DNA from: Octopus bimaculoides
Lineage: Eukaryota
Reading direction: 5' to 3'
Assembly (NCBI RefSeq): GCF_001194135.2
Contig: NC_068981.1
Span: 177,336,166-177,400,165 of the forward strand
DNA length: 64,000 nt
Made by a program: the position numbers and the translations under genes. This document shows positions 1-13,558 of the stretch, piece after piece; position 1 is the stretch's first letter, and each line of letters starts with the position of its first letter. The notes below the pieces were generated by a model. The model had not been told where the DNA came from. It saw only the letters and a program-made list of their open reading frames with translations, and ran no database searches.

Positions 1-182
1 CAGTCGAACGACTAGAACAACTCGCACATCTCATCTAACGTAAAAAGCCTTACAGCTGTGAGAGCTACTGTAGTTTAACAATGAGTTTCTTGATTTGTTG
101 ATAAGGGGTTNNNNNNNNNNCTATGTTTAAAGAATCATGCTGCAATGTGGAAATTTCGGTTATCTTTCGAATTAGTATAGAT

Positions 183-500
183 AGGTCCCTAATTTGAGAT
201 GCGACGTGCTACGATACGTTTTGCTGCATCGGCCGCAATCCCGGGTATCGCCGCCCTGAACGGAGAGGAGTGAAAAATAAACAAATACAGGAGCCTGACA
301 GGCGCTATCAGTTTGTGCCGGTCGCCGTCGAAGCGCCAGGTGTTCTCGGACTCCGCGCTGCCGATTTCCTTCACCAAATCGGGATACCTGCGACCTATCT
401 GAGAAACGAGTCCCGCGAAGTGGGATGGCTGTTGCAGCAAGTGTCACTGGCCATTCTACACGGCAACACCTTTGCAATCATGTCCGCGAGGCGCGGCTAA
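183..500 (+). mobile_element. Decayed 3' end (restriction-like endonuclease region) of a CRE-type/RLE-bearing non-LTR retrotransposon
   Basis: Translation across two stops and a frameshift gives RSLI*DATCYDTFAASAAIPGIAALNGEE*KINKY...YQFVPVAVEAPGVLGLRAADFLHQIG...WLLQQVSLAILHGN. This matches the recalled C-terminal pattern WDATCxDT..A..AE..K..KY..F.P.AVE..G..G..A..L....L.Q..S.A...GN. Confidence 0.75.
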
Positions 501-1084
501 ACACGCCATTAGTTCTGGGGTGTACAACAACCCATTACACTCTCCCCACCTGATCTTCTGCTGCTTAATTCCCCCCAACCCTATTTCTCCTTTTTCTTTG
601 TTTCCTAGTCGAGGTAGTTAAAAAAAATTTTCCTCGGTAATTTGATCTTTTATACTTTAATGTTTTCATTTGCTATAAAAATATGTTGCTGATAAAACAT
701 CAAATAGAGGAATTTAAAGTTATTCCATTCAGACTTCAACTGGTTTCATATTTTTCAGGAAAAAAACAATACAGTGGTGAAGTAGATATAGTTAAAACTC
801 ATATTAGAAATAAGTCCAAATAATCCGGTGTTTTAGATGAATATTAAAAGTATAGTATATTTCTAATATATGTTGATGTCGCTCAATCAGTAAGTCTATA
901 CGCGCTATTGTTGAAAATAAATAGATCTTATTGCTTTTTGAGGGCTAGTTATTAAATATGAAGTACCAGTAGTATGATGGTGTCGGATCATTTAGATTTC
1001 ATTTAACCATGAAACATTAAACTACCTTGCTAATTCTTCAAATAATACTGCAAAATGAACGAGCTGGCAGAAAACTTCCTGCCC

Positions 1085-2060
1085 AGAATGAGAAGCGAAT
1101 CTGAAGACAGACAACTTTGACAGATAGCTCTTATGTTAGACAGTCGAAGGCTTTGTTGATATCAAGGGCAACAACGTTGCTTTCGTTGACGTTCTTGTCG
1201 GTGAAAGATCATTGTGAATTATTTAAGAAAGCATGTTCCGGTAGAGCTTCCCTACGGAAAACGTACAGATGGTTGCTGAGGTGGGGGACTAAATCTAATG
1301 AAAGAGCTGCCTGTTTACGGCTTGGAATACTGGAAATATGGATATTGGGTTAGTAGTTTTGCAACGTTAGAGAGGTTCTTCGGAATATATTATGGTTCAC
1401 GAATGAGAGACGTTTCCGCACTTGGCGACTGTGTGTATGGGGGAACTGATATGGTAGAGACTGAGACTTTGGAAATCAGTGAGCAGCAGATATGGTTGCT
1501 TTTTAATGGGAAAGTCATGTTCGTTGATAAGTAACAGAGAAGAGGGTTCTGCAAAGTTAGTTGGCATGAGATCAAAAAGGTTCACTGAAAATTCAAGATA
1601 GTGAGTTTGAGCTGTATCTGAAGGAATACTTTGCTTCCCTGGTGGTAGGTAAATGACTCCCAGTTGTTGCTGTTATAATCAAACAGTATTCCAGTTTCAC
1701 CCTCAAAACTTTTTAATGGTATCCCGCCCGATATGATGTGGTTTGAGAAAATTTGGTTGAAATTTAGAGACTATATAGAGACTCCATTGTACTGGTGTTG
1801 AAGGTGGTGTGCAACCTTCTCAGTGTTTTAGTCAGCGTTCTTCGCATATGGTACTGCAGCGTAACTATAAGTTTTTAAGCTGATAGTACTTGACTGTGTG
1901 AGAGATATGGCGGTAAATATCTAGATAGTTGGAAGTTTTCAAAGAGTTATAAGGAAATATGCATTAGAAACACGGTTCGATTTATGTGGAATACACTATC
2001 AATAGCTACGAACAAATTTCAAATTAAATATTTGAAAAGGAAATATATTCTTTTCAAGAA
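1085..2060 (-). mobile_element. Highly decayed LINE reverse transcriptase fragment (L2/CR1/Jockey group)
   Basis: Minus strand at about 1143-1180 reads NVVALDINKAFD (LINE RT V.LD..KAFD motif). Upstream are degenerate LSNHLYVFRR (cf. QYGFR), NY*P/ISIFPVF (cf. NYRPISL) and GGIP (cf. GPDGIP). Many stops; outer limits approximate. Confidence 0.65.
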
Positions 2061-3674
2061 TACGGAATTTTGTTTTAGAAACCGGGCATGTGCTTTCAAT
2101 AGCACGCATAAATGAATAGTTTTAGCTAAGCACGCTTAGCTTGGTCACAAGCTAAATGTTTGTTCTGCTTCTTCTTGATAACCATCATCAACATAAAAAT
2201 AATATAAAGAAATTTGAATCACCTTTCCATATATAGGGTCTGAAGGATTAGTTCTTCGGAAGGTTAAACTCATTGTACTTCTAGCGATAATGAGCGCGTT
2301 AAAGTATAGGGTAAAATCTGAGTGAATCGATTCTTGCTTGAACAATTTCTATTCATTTAACAACGATAATGCTGTAAAGAAAAGCATATAGGACATAAAT
2401 TCCCCATTCCTCTATCTCAAAATCATAAAGAGAGACCATTTGAGTGTAATCTCATTTACATGCGATGACAAATTTATAAAATGCGCGTTCCCCACAAAAA
2501 ACTGGGGTGAAATTGTTCTAACCGCACAAGAGCACTAACCAGAGTCACAGTTCATAGACACAAACCATGAGATATATATGGCATATTTGAACATAGATGT
2601 TCTAAATTTGCCCAGTTACAAAGCTGATGTTTACTGCATCGGAGAGGGGGGCAAAATTTCTTTACTCACAAAATTAAATGAGGAAGAAAAAAAACAAATC
2701 TCAGTGAGATTATTTTGAAGCGTACATCAGTTGAGCAATTCAAAGTTTAAAATAAACAATAACATGACGTTCTACAACACTATAACAAGTTATTTGATAT
2801 TCTAATTTTGACTTATCCAAAAATGCTGTCGTTTAGTCCCAGGTCAACTCTGAGCATGTAGCACCGTGTCTTTTTAAGATTATATCTAGAAGTACTTAAT
2901 CCAGTCTATCTTTTCGTTATTTTGGACGGTCGGGTGCTGTTAAAGAGACATTTTACTGCTATTTCTAGCAGATTGAGTGAGCGCGTAGAGCCTTTATCTC
3001 ATTGGCTCTTGATATTTTAATGCAATAACATTAACCGCTAGACAAGTGGTTCCCAACAGCTGGTATTGGACCAGTAATAAGTACAACTTTTTCTAGTTGG
3101 TTCACTTACAAAGTCTTCAGAAGACAAAAATTACATGCATTTAGACAATACAGATAGATTTATATCTAAAATTTAATTCAATATAATTATCCACGACTTA
3201 AAAAGAAAATTTTCTTTAATTTAGATTATGACCACCTCAGATTTGAACCACCGCTTTTAAATAGCTATAGAAATTCTATACTTAGACTACTTGACAATGA
3301 AACTACTCTAAACTATCAAAAAATTTATTTATGAACTTTACAGTTAAATGATAAAGGAACTTAAATGTAACGGAAATTAGATAAGGAATGATCTTCAGAA
3401 ACCTTCTTACGAGGTAAAAAAAAATAAAATAACAAGAAATTATGAATATTATTTCTGTAAACTGTTGTCACCAAACTTCACTAACATTGCACATTCTTTC
3501 AGTTTGATACATAACGGGTGTATCACAAAGAGCATGCGAGTTTGCGTTGTATGTACTTTATAATGAATACTTAACGATTCTGCTTGTCAAGACGTGAGTT
3601 AAAATGTTTACGCTTTCAAAGTGAAATAACCTAACCTTGATCTTGATATTCTTATCTCCTGTAATCCTTTCTAC

Positions 3675-3872
3675 TAATAAGTACAAGGTCTAAAATTTTT
3701 GGGTTAGTGGATTACATCGACCCCAATACTCAACCAGTACTTATTCTATCGATCCCGAAAGGATGAGAGACAAATTTGATTCCAGCGGAACTTGAACTCA
3801 GACCATAAGAACGGCTGAAATGCCGCTAAACATTCCGTCCGGCGTGCTAACGATTCTGCCAGCTCGCTGCCT
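3675..3872 (-). mobile_element. tRNA-derived SINE, family A (octopus OK/OR-like)
   Basis: The reverse complement starts AGGCAGCGAGCTGGCAGAATCGTTAGCACG and has a B-box-like GAGTTCAAGTTCC. It is homologous to the copies at 8407, 12118 and 57027. CpGs are largely retained. Confidence 0.85.
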
Positions 3873-4711
3873 TTTTATCTGTTTTAATCAAGAACATCAG
3901 AGAGTAAAGGCAAATGGAAGAGAGGTAACGGATGTTAATGGACATGAGAGTGGCAACAGCAAGGAATAATGTTAAAATATTATTTTATAACTAACACTAT
4001 AAATTATCTAAATTCAACTTTTTTTAATGACATCAGTCCGTCTAGCTCGTTATTGTAAAAATATTTAACGTAACGAAGCAGAAGATATATCAAATTTATG
4101 TATCAAAAAGTGATAAGTTAAAAAAATTATTGGACTGTTACAGACAATCGTATTTCGTTCGTCAACTTTAACTGGTGTGTGTGTGTGTGTGTGTGTTCGC
4201 TTTGCTTTTATTTTTATTAAACCCGGCAAAATAGCATAAAAATAATGGTTTTACTACTTGCCAACGACACTCGATTTCTCTCTAATTTATCTATCTAAAT
4301 ACATTCTTTCTTCTCGCTTCTGCCTACTCTTTCTCTCCTATGGACATATACCTCTACCTATATTTTATTCAAACTGATGTTATGTATCAATGTTTATCAA
4401 AGACCAATATATGAAAAGCTTATACTTATTTTTATATATCACTGTGCGACCTTTTTTTTTTTTTAGTCAAAGATATATGTTCAAATTAATGTATGTTCTA
4501 TCTTATAACACAATTTAACATCAGAAATGGGTATTTGTTGTTATTGTTTTGTAACCCCAGGTTAACCCTTATCGAGCAAAACTATGATCAAAACCATTCC
4601 GACTATGCCTATCCTGTCAGTACTACGTTATCTAATGCAGGGGTTTTCATATTTGAGGTGGTAAGCTGTAATTTACTGAACACAGGGGCAAAAATGAATA
4701 GAACATTATCT

Positions 4712-5040
4712 ATATCTTTTACTTATTTCTGCTATTGGACTGTGACCATGCTAGGGTACTGCTCTGAAGAGTTTAGTCGAACAAATCGACTCCAGTACCT
4801 GTTTTGCCGAACCGCTAAGTTATGAGGACGTAAACAAACCTACACCGGTTGTCAGGCGGTGTGTGTGTGAGAGAGAGAGAGAGTCAGGCACAATCACAGA
4901 CACACAAGCTCATATACGACATGCTTCCAAACAATTCCATCTGCCAAATTCACTCAGTAGGCATTAGTCGGGCCAGAGTTATAAAGAAAATACTTGTTCA
5001 AGATGCCGCGCAGTGAGACTGAACCCGAAACCACACGGTT
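4712..5040 (-). mobile_element. tRNA-derived SINE, family B
   Basis: Homologous by eye to the near-intact copy at 59002-59388 (TTTTGCCGAACCGCTAAGTTA..GGACGTAAAC core, CTGAACCC B-box region). Confidence 0.8.
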
Positions 5041-5639
5041 TTTAAATTTATAAAACATTTATTATTGAGAACATTTTAAAAAGTATATAACTTCATACAA
5101 TTTACAAGTTACGAATGTGTACATGTGGGCGTGCAAACATACATACGCATGCACGTCAACATTCCCCCATTTCCACAAATAATAGGGAAAATAAAATGAT
5201 ATATGCATTAAAGAAGAGAATGAAAGTGACAGACAATGGAGAAAGTAAGAGATACAAATGGGAGAAAAGGAGAGATTAAGCACTGAAAAACAAGTTTCTG
5301 AAATTGAGATAAAAGTAGACCGGTAGACAAAGAATGCAATATTACTTGTTAATAGTCTAGTGCACTAGTTCTGAACTCGTTATGGTTCATGGACTACTAG
5401 TACAAGCAATGGATCCCATACCCACTATTTTTTTTACGAGTGAATTCGCGCGCGCGCTATGACGCTATGATATTTTGGGTCTTTGGATCTTTCTGAATTG
5501 ACGGGCACCACTTTTCATTTTCCGGGTCTTTGACTAAAGAAACTAGAGAGTTAAATTATAAATTTAAAATATCACAATAAAAATAAGGGTAAAATTAAAC
5601 TCATAAGATTAACTAAACAAACAAACAAAAAATGCATCA

Positions 5640-5840
5640 GCGAAGGTGTCTCTAAGCGGTTTTTCGATTTGCTGGAATTAGCAGACATGTTTCCCTCAAG
5701 TCACACCCTATCATTTAAAAATTTAAAAAACCCATTGTATAATGTAGTCATAGATATGTCTGAAAATAGACTGTGGTTAAGGCTGAAAAGCTTTTGATTG
5801 TAGGTCTGTTTGACTAGAGTCGTCATAAGCTAAACAACAA
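5640..5840 (+). repeat. Interspersed repeat, family D (SINE-like 3' domain)
   Basis: Shares TAG(A/C)AG..CCCTCAA.TCACACCCTA..TTAAAAA with 10570-10760, 36400-36545, 38175-38367 (+) and 37300-37500, 56450-56650 (-). Confidence 0.55.
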
Positions 5841-6559
5841 ATAATCAAGAAAACAGATGTAAGAGGTCGAGGAGAAACATAATGCATGAGAAAATAAGAC
5901 ATCAAAAGCATTTTATATCACGTCTGTTCGAATTTCTTATATCGAATAACTGTTCAACCTCTTCCATCTGAATCTATATCCAAAGTCTGTTCTTTTAGTT
6001 TCATATTCAAGGCAGTTGTGAATAAAGAAGTTAAGAACGAACATTTCTTTTAAAACTTATGCTGGCCAACTTGTTACAGTGAGCAATATAAAATTGGTGT
6101 TGGGCGGCAGAACTACAGCTTTCTAAAGAAACCGCATTAAACTCCCATCATAACTTGAAAGTGTGAAAGTATTTTTTTAAAGCCATATTTGTCAGATATT
6201 GAATAGCAGTATTAACAGACTACTCTGAAAGCTATTGTCACATGATTCGGAAATCTATCGCAGACATACGCAAAGTATTTGAAGTTCATTGAACATACTC
6301 AAACAAAAAGAAACAAAACATAACTTTATACCGTGTAGCTTAATATGGCTTAACCTAGTGAAGACGTATGACTGTGTCCTACAATATACTGTTACGAAGG
6401 CAGTTAGTTTCTTCCGTCTCGGGCAGATTAAAATTACGTCAATTTAAAGCATTTCGCCATCAGGAAATTCATTACCTGTTGGCAGAAAATCGAAATAAAT
6501 ATCTTCATGGGAAACACAATTTAACCACTTCCTTCTGTAACAGAAAGAAGGAAAGAAGG

Positions 6560-6860
6560 TACAAAATAGCATTACAATTGGTAGTATCATCACCGTAAGG
6601 AGAAATACGAGTAGTTTGACTGGACAAGCGATGCCCGCTCGAGACCGAAATGAAGAACTGTAATTTTTCTTTAATATAGTACAGGATGAAAGATCCTTGT
6701 CTCGAAATCGGAAGGGATCGCGTAATCGAATAATGATGTCAAAACCAAGAAAGAGTCACACAACCATCAGCATGTAAAATACAGTACGAGCCTTAAATCT
6801 TGATGGAACCGTAAGGTTGCTGTCATGAAATAGAAAGTTTTGGGCATTTTTTAACCAAGT
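6560..6860 (+). mobile_element. Possible decayed Tc1-like transposase DNA-binding region
   Basis: One frame reads RSRPK*RTVIFFNIVQDERSLSRNRKGSRNRIMMSKPRKSHTTISM, loosely like RSGRPRTV...RNP..S.RKMA..L..S.TT. Weak match. Confidence 0.35.
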
Positions 6861-7959
6861 GGAACCTATCCTTTCCCAACTGATTTCATCTAGAGAGAAT
6901 GTGAAAGAGAGAAAGCGGGAATAATCCCCTACCACTATTGGTCTGGTACTTTATTTATTAATCTGGAAAGGATAAAAAGTAAAACTCACCTCGGCGTTGT
7001 TGTAAAGAATATTGCAAGACGTTCTATCCGACGTTCTAACTCCAACTCAAACACAATTTTGTAATTTCACGACTTTGTTTTGTGCATCAGCCCGGTATCT
7101 TGTTTAGCGTGGAGAGAATGGAAAAATATGCAAGATTCCGACAGAAANNNNNNNNNNNNNNNNNNNNNNNNNNNNNNNNNNNNNNNNNNNNNNNNNNNNN
7201 NNNNNNNNNNNNNNNNNNNNNNNNNNNNNNNNNNNNNNNNNNNNNNNNNNNNNNNNNNNNNNNNNNNNNNNNNNNNNNNNNNNNNNNNNNNNNNNNNNNN
7301 NNNNNNNNNNNNNNNNNNNNNNNNNNNNNNNNNNNNNNNNNNNNNNNNNNNNNNNNNNNNNNNNNNNNNNNNNNNNNNNNNNNNNNNNNNNNNNNNNNNN
7401 NNNNNNNNNNNNNNNNNNNNNNNNNNNNNNNNNNNNNNNNNNNNNNNNNNNNNNNNNNNNNNNNNNNNNNNNNNNNNNNNNNNNNNNNNNNNNNNNNNNN
7501 NNNNNNNNNNNNNNNNNNNNNNNNNNNNNNNNNNNNNNNNNNNNNNNNNNNNNNNNNNNNNNNNNNNNNNNNNNNNNNNNNNNNNNNNNNNNNNNNNNNN
7601 NNNNNNNNNNNNNNNNNNNNNNNNNNNNNNNNNNNNNNNNNNNNNNNNNNNNNNNNNNNNNNNNNNNNNNNNNNNNNNNNNNNNNNNNNNNNNNNNNNNN
7701 NNNNNNNNNNNNNNNNNNNNNNNNNNNNNNNNNNNNNNNNNNNNNNNNNNNNNNNNNNNNNNNNNNNNNNNNNNNNNNNNNNNNNNNNNNNNNNNNNNNN
7801 NNNNNNNNNNNNNNNNNNNNNNNNNNNNNNNNNNNNNNNNNNNNNNNNNNNNNNNNNNNNNNNNNNNNNNNNNNNNNNNNNNNNNNNNNNNNNNNTTTTT
7901 CTTTGTTTTGTTTCATTGTTTCGTTCAACATCTGTAATAATAAAAACAAAATTCTGTCT

Positions 7960-8340
7960 GTCCGTCTGGACCCCTGTATCTCAGTCTACATTTGCTCTAC
8001 ATAGTCATATTATATCTTTTTGGAATCGGGGTGATCTCAGGATTGAAAATCTGCCCTTCGTTTGGTTCTTGAACATCCAGTATTAGGATCTGATTTAAAA
8101 TCATATGGGTTGCCATTTCTAGCAGATAAAGCTTGGCTGATTCACGCCATCTTGGTAGCGTTTATCAGATGGCGTCAGAGATCAAGGCGATAAATTACAT
8201 TCTCTTCGTCGAGATAAAAACTTTGGGACAAATTGGCCAACAGTTGGAATTCAACTTGGGACTGGAACAATAGAATGATTGCATTGCAGAATTAATTCTC
8301 ATCCGTCCTTAAACTCTGCTTAAACACCACCGGGACATAT
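7960..8340 (-). mobile_element. Possible decayed mariner transposase C-terminus
   Basis: Minus strand TATCGCCTTGATCTCTGACGCCATCTGAT resembles YSPDLAPSD codons with indels. It is followed by FSILRSPRFQKDII*L (cf. F..K...FY..GI..L). Confidence 0.35.
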
Positions 8341-8406
8341 AGTCGTTATAGACGTATTTATAGTCAGGCTATTTAGCTCTCTCTAGTTTTGGGCCGCATT
8401 ATCATT

Positions 8407-8637
8407 AAGGTGACGAGCTGGCAGAAACGTTAGCACGCGGGGAAAAATACTTAGCGGCATTTCGTCCGTCTACGCTTTCTGAATTCAAATTCCGCCGCGG
8501 TCGACTTTGCCTTTCGTCCTTTCGGGGTTAATGAAATAACTACAAGCTGGGCACTGTGGCTGATGTAACGACTAGCCACCACCTTCAAAATTTCAGACCT
8601 TGTGCCTATAATAGAAAGGATTATTATTGTTATTAGT
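8407..8637 (+). mobile_element. SINE family A
   Basis: AGGTGACGAGCTGGCAGAAACGTTAGCACG head, GAATTCAAATTCC B-box, GGTCGACTTTGCCTTTC body, ATT-repeat tail. Confidence 0.85.
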
Positions 8638-11600
8638 GATCACTCTTAGTCTTTCTAACTGAGAAGAACATACTTCACAAAAGAAGTCTAATAAAAATAA
8701 AACGTCCTTTGAACCAGGTAGGTTCAAAGACAAAGTTCACTCCCATTAGAATTGTCAATGTTTTCTAAAATTTCCAAGTTATTAATATTATTGGAGTTAT
8801 CTTGCATCTTTGTTGCTTTTAGATTTTAAACACCTCTAAAAGGAAACGTTGTTTATTAATTGTATAAATAATTTCAGTTAATCGAAATTTTTCAACTCAC
8901 TGTCTTAATTTCGTAAAACTCCCCTCAACTATTTCATTATTGTTTTAATGAAAGAACAGACTAATAAACATTATTCTCTCTTCACAGAAAACAAAATATT
9001 TACAAACCAATTACCACTACTTCAAGGAAGCATTCAATTGCTCTTTGAGTATACCAATGTGCGCGCGCGTATGTGCGTAATGTTTCTTTTTTAACTCGGA
9101 CATCTAAAGAAGAAGTTTCTGCCGGTAAAACCCTATATGTAATTTATACTATGTCTCTCCTTGCCTGTAAAATTGATCGACATGCCCGGATTATTGCAGA
9201 AATTTCTGTTTGATGACTTCACTGCTGGTATTATTGTTTCATCGTGATATCAAAAGTTAATGGGTAGCAAACGCGGCTTACATAAGAGGCTATAGTAGCG
9301 GCGGATCATGATCAAAGTAAAGGAAATTGTAAACGTTTTAGAGCCAATTGTGACATACACTCCCTACGAAGAATATGAATGGAAAATGAAATTGTAAACT
9401 AAATTATACGACAAGCTATCTCAGTGTTGCATTCTCATAGACGGGGAGGGAAAGCAGTAGAACCATTGCAAACAGTAGAAAGCTGGAATGATGCTTTATG
9501 CTTTCAAATTCTGAGCCTTGGTAATTTCAAATTTTACAATGTGGTTTTTGTCTTCTGCTCATTCAAGGTCAATAATATGTAATTAGTAATTTCCTAACCT
9601 ATTAAAAATACATGCCTTTCTGTCTAGACTACAAAAAATACAGTGAAGATGGGAAAATAATACTTATGGGTATTGTGATAGACTAGAGGCAACGCAGTAC
9701 CTAACTCGTTGCCTCAATTTCCTGAGTTAAATTCAGTCTGGAGTCACTTTTGCCTTTTATTCTTTCTTAGCCGATCAATTGATTAATATCGTCTCTCTTT
9801 TAAAAGAACGGAATGTTTCTTTTTCTCTTTTCGTTCTTTTCAGCCGGCAAAATTCTGTACAAAAGAGTTGTTCAGTCAAGGTGTTCTGCTACACAATTTA
9901 CCAACAGCTAATGAACAGTAGGCAGCCGATCAAAAGGATTTATTTCAGGCTCGGAGTCCATGTGAATAAGAATGTGTGTAATAACCTACTTAAGCGCGCT
10001 CTAAAATATCTTCAAAGCTAGTTATTCAATACGTAACATTAAACATTAAAATTCTACTAGAACACGGATTTTCAAACTTTTTTTACAGCGCACCCTTCAT
10101 ATTCCACCAATGATGGCCTATCCCATGAGAAGAATTTAGTCTAAGATAGTTGGATACTGTAGAACAGACAGGCATTATATGTTATTAATTCAATTTTAAA
10201 AAATTCAAATCTAGTCATAGTCAATTTTGCCACTAATCCTTCTGCGGTTGATAAAATAAAATAGCAGAGATTTATATATAAACGACTATTTCTTTTTCTA
10301 AAATGTCTAAGCTTTGTGCCTATGTAAGAAATCAATTTCATTTAATGCTACATTTTTGATATGTAAACTAAGTAATATGTGATATCATTGATCATAAGAG
10401 AAAATGCGCAGCAGACAAGCTAAATTTTTCAATCTTACGATGCTGAATGTTCCATCATAGTGATATTTGAAAAAAGTTGAAGATATGTAAAAGCTGTAAG
10501 TTTCTTCTCGTAAAATAAATCAACAAGTTCTGGACGAATACTAAATATAACAAACAACTTATGGAGCTAACGAGAGAGACTCTACGCAGTTGTTCGACCG
10601 CCAAGAAATGGCAACCAAACTTCCCTCAAATCATACACAGACGTCTTAAAAACAATGAGGACATATTATAAAAAGTAGTCCAAGATGGTCCTTAAAAACG
10701 TTATAGGCATGGCTGGTGAATTTGATAATAGATTTGTTCGATAACAGTTGACCTTGAATTAAACAATAGCTAAATAGTAAAAGCTTATATAGCCAGAAGT
10801 AGAACACTGAATGGAAAACGGCTAGAAATTACAAACGCTCCAATATTTCGACAATTTAACGAAACACACTTGTTTATAAACATAAATATGTTGATTGTGG
10901 TACAAGACGGCAATTTTAGCACAAGGCCGCAAATTTACTGAGAAGTATAATCGACTGAGCCAACCTCAGTACATTAATGGAGTTTATTTTCTTGATTGTG
11001 GTGAGATGAAAGAAAAGTAAACTCCGACGGTATTTGAATTCAAAGCATAAATGGAACTAAATACGGGGTATTTAGTTCGGCACTTGTAATTTTAGCGTCC
11101 CACAACCTTCGTTACCATTACTCAATATTGTGATTGTTTCGCCTTCCAAACTGTTAAAACTCCTCCATCAGTTCGCTTCTTTCTTAATACCATACATGCA
11201 TAACGGTTATATTGTGAATATCGCGTCAAATAGATAAAATGCTGGCAAAATTTGATAACAAAACAGCGCAGGGTTGGGTTTAAGATTCGATGAGATTTTA
11301 TAATTCAAAATGTAGTGTTTGTCGTTCTGAAATACATGACTGTTCTAGGTTATACTTAAAATAGGGACATAGTGTTTCTAATATCTTGTGTGTACGTAAA
11401 AATACTGCTGATGTTCCCTAAAACGACCAGGGTATGCTTTCTTCACCTTTTTCACATGTTTTCTAAAGGTCTGTACAATTGATATTTTATTGTTGGATCT
11501 TAGAAACCCTTCAACATTCTATCTACTTAATAATTCTGTATTTTCTTGCCTTTCATACCAATATAATAGTATTATAGGTAAATTATATCCTTGTTGGACA

Positions 11601-12117
11601 TATATTTAATAAAACGGAAGCAATTTGCTATTGTTTGTTTAGAGATTCCTGAAACCATTTTCCATACAACAGATTTCCGTACAATGCTTACATTAAGTTA
11701 AATGATAAATAGTTGACACCAAAATTCTTTTCACGACATATCCATAGACTTTTCTACAAGATTTTTCAACTAAAATCTATAGTGTACTTAAAACATTGTG
11801 ATAGAAACAAAACAAAACACAAAGCGCTTTGCATTTGACAGATAAGTGGTTAGCAGAATGACTGAGAATCTTATTTTCCATTAGGTGTTTATTTACACCT
11901 ATAACAATTTCTTTCACTTCCAAATACTAGCAACGTGTATAAGTATCTCCTTGGAATTAAACATCTTGTACATTTTGAAGATTTTTTGATGACCTATTTC
12001 TATTTTAACTAACCTAGTTTTGGAGTGTGGTAAAGGAATACAACTATACAAAATTATTACCACACGAAGTAAATATAGAAGAACTATTACTCTCATAAAA
12101 TACTATACAAAAACTTA

Positions 12118-12339
12118 AGGCGGTGAGCTGGCAGAATTGTTAGCATACCGGGCGAAATGCTTAGTGGTATTTCGTCTGCCGTTACGTTGTGAGTTCAAAT
12201 TCCGCCGAGGTCGACAAATTAAGTACCAGTTGCGCACTGGGGTCGATAAATTAAGTACCAGTTGCGCACTGGGGTCGATGTAATCGACTTAATCTCTTTG
12301 TCTGTCCTTGTTCAGCCCCTTATGGGCAATAAAGAAATA
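12118..12339 (+). mobile_element. SINE family A, young copy with an internal deletion plus a 32-bp tandem duplication
   Basis: Head AAGGCGGTGAGCTGGCAG. The unit GGTCGA(C/T)AAATTAAGTACCAGTTGCGCACTGG occurs at 12209-12240 and 12241-12272. The 3' end is ..GGGCAATAAAGAAATA. Confidence 0.9.
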
Positions 12340-12540
12340 AGAATTGTTAGCACGCTGCACAAAATGCTTAGCGGTACTTCTTCCGGATTACGTTCTGAGT
12401 TTAAATTCTGCTGAGGTCGATTTTTGCCTTTCATCTTCCTCTTTTGAAGTTGATAAAAATAAGAGCCCGTTGAGCACTGGGGTCGATATAATCGATTAGC
12501 CCCAATCCCAAAATTTCAGGCCTTGTGCCTATATAGAGAG
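12340..12540 (+). mobile_element. SINE family A, older copy lacking its extreme 5' end
   Basis: Starts AGAATTGTTAGCACG and continues with the family body (GAGTTTAAATTCTGCTGAGGTCGA...GCCTTGTGCCTAT). Confidence 0.8.
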
Positions 12541-13213
12541 TGAAAATAAAACAGTACACAAAATTCAGTGAGGAAACCCGTAGAATTTAGCAGTCCAGGG
12601 TAAGTTTTTATTTCATAGTTTTTACCGAATTTTATTTCGATGTAAAGTTATAACCAGATTGTCAGCAATGAGTTTCGTTCAGTGCTACTTACAATGGTTT
12701 CCTCTATGAATTGCCAGCATATCCTTGCCAACCAGGCCAACTCCTTGCTCCTCCCATTATCCATATTGTCACACTTCCCAGTTCCTCAACACTGCATCCA
12801 ATCTTTCCTCCTCAGGATCACGGTCGTCTGAAGTACCATCATTTTTACCTACATACGCTGGTCATAGATGATCAAGTCGAACATCAGCACATTGATTTCA
12901 CTAGTCTATGTGAACCTGCAAAGTCATACGCACAGCTTTTCCCTATTTAGTTCACCTATTTTTAGATTATCTATATTTCAAATAACAAAATTAATGATTA
13001 ACCTTTCCTATATCTATTGGTTACTGCCTATAAATAATTACATATAATTGCAAATTATCCCTCTTATGACTGAAATGCATGCATGTCAGCTCTAGAACTC
13101 GGCAAAAATTATACATCTTTATAAGAAAATACTGCAAACCGAAAAAACAGCTTTTCAAAATATATATAAATCAAGATTTTTAATATTTCAGTTTTTTACT
13201 TAATAATTTTAAA

Positions 13214-13255
<42 letters not shown>

Positions 13256-13490
13256 TCAGATATGCTATAAAAGAAATCATTTACAAATTTATAACAAGCA
13301 GTACGAGAAACTGTACACTTTGTTTCAGTTAAGTGAACCATATTTCGTATTCACAAACACGTACACACTGTATATGAGTGTACGCGCACTCCTGTACATG
13401 AAGTTTATCTCATTCATTACGTTACAAGTATCATATAAATCTTAGCGACGAAATTGAACCAATCCCCTCGCCAGGAAATATAAAGAGTTA

Positions 13491-13558
13491 GGATCTATTC
13501 TGTTTGGTGATCGACTCGAATTAATTAATCGAGTTGACCACCAAACAGAATTAGATCC
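13491..13558. mobile_element. 68-bp palindromic mini-MITE with 8-bp target-site duplication
   Basis: GGATCTA...TAGATCC near-perfect inverted repeat with a 9-nt loop. AAGAGTTA flanks both sides (13483-13490, 13559-13566). Confidence 0.75.

Noticed and set aside
7080-8086. Long ORFs in the supplied track spanning N gaps (also 30067-30770, 50526-51852, 52106-52822, 54819-55650, 59705-59980)
   Set aside because: They are open only because of N runs and flanking TA/TG microsatellites; there is no coding evidence apart from the transposase fragment at 30558-30727.
13216-13252. 37-nt poly-T as the tail of a processed pseudogene
   Set aside because: No nearby polyadenylation signal, ORF or TSD was found on the minus strand.
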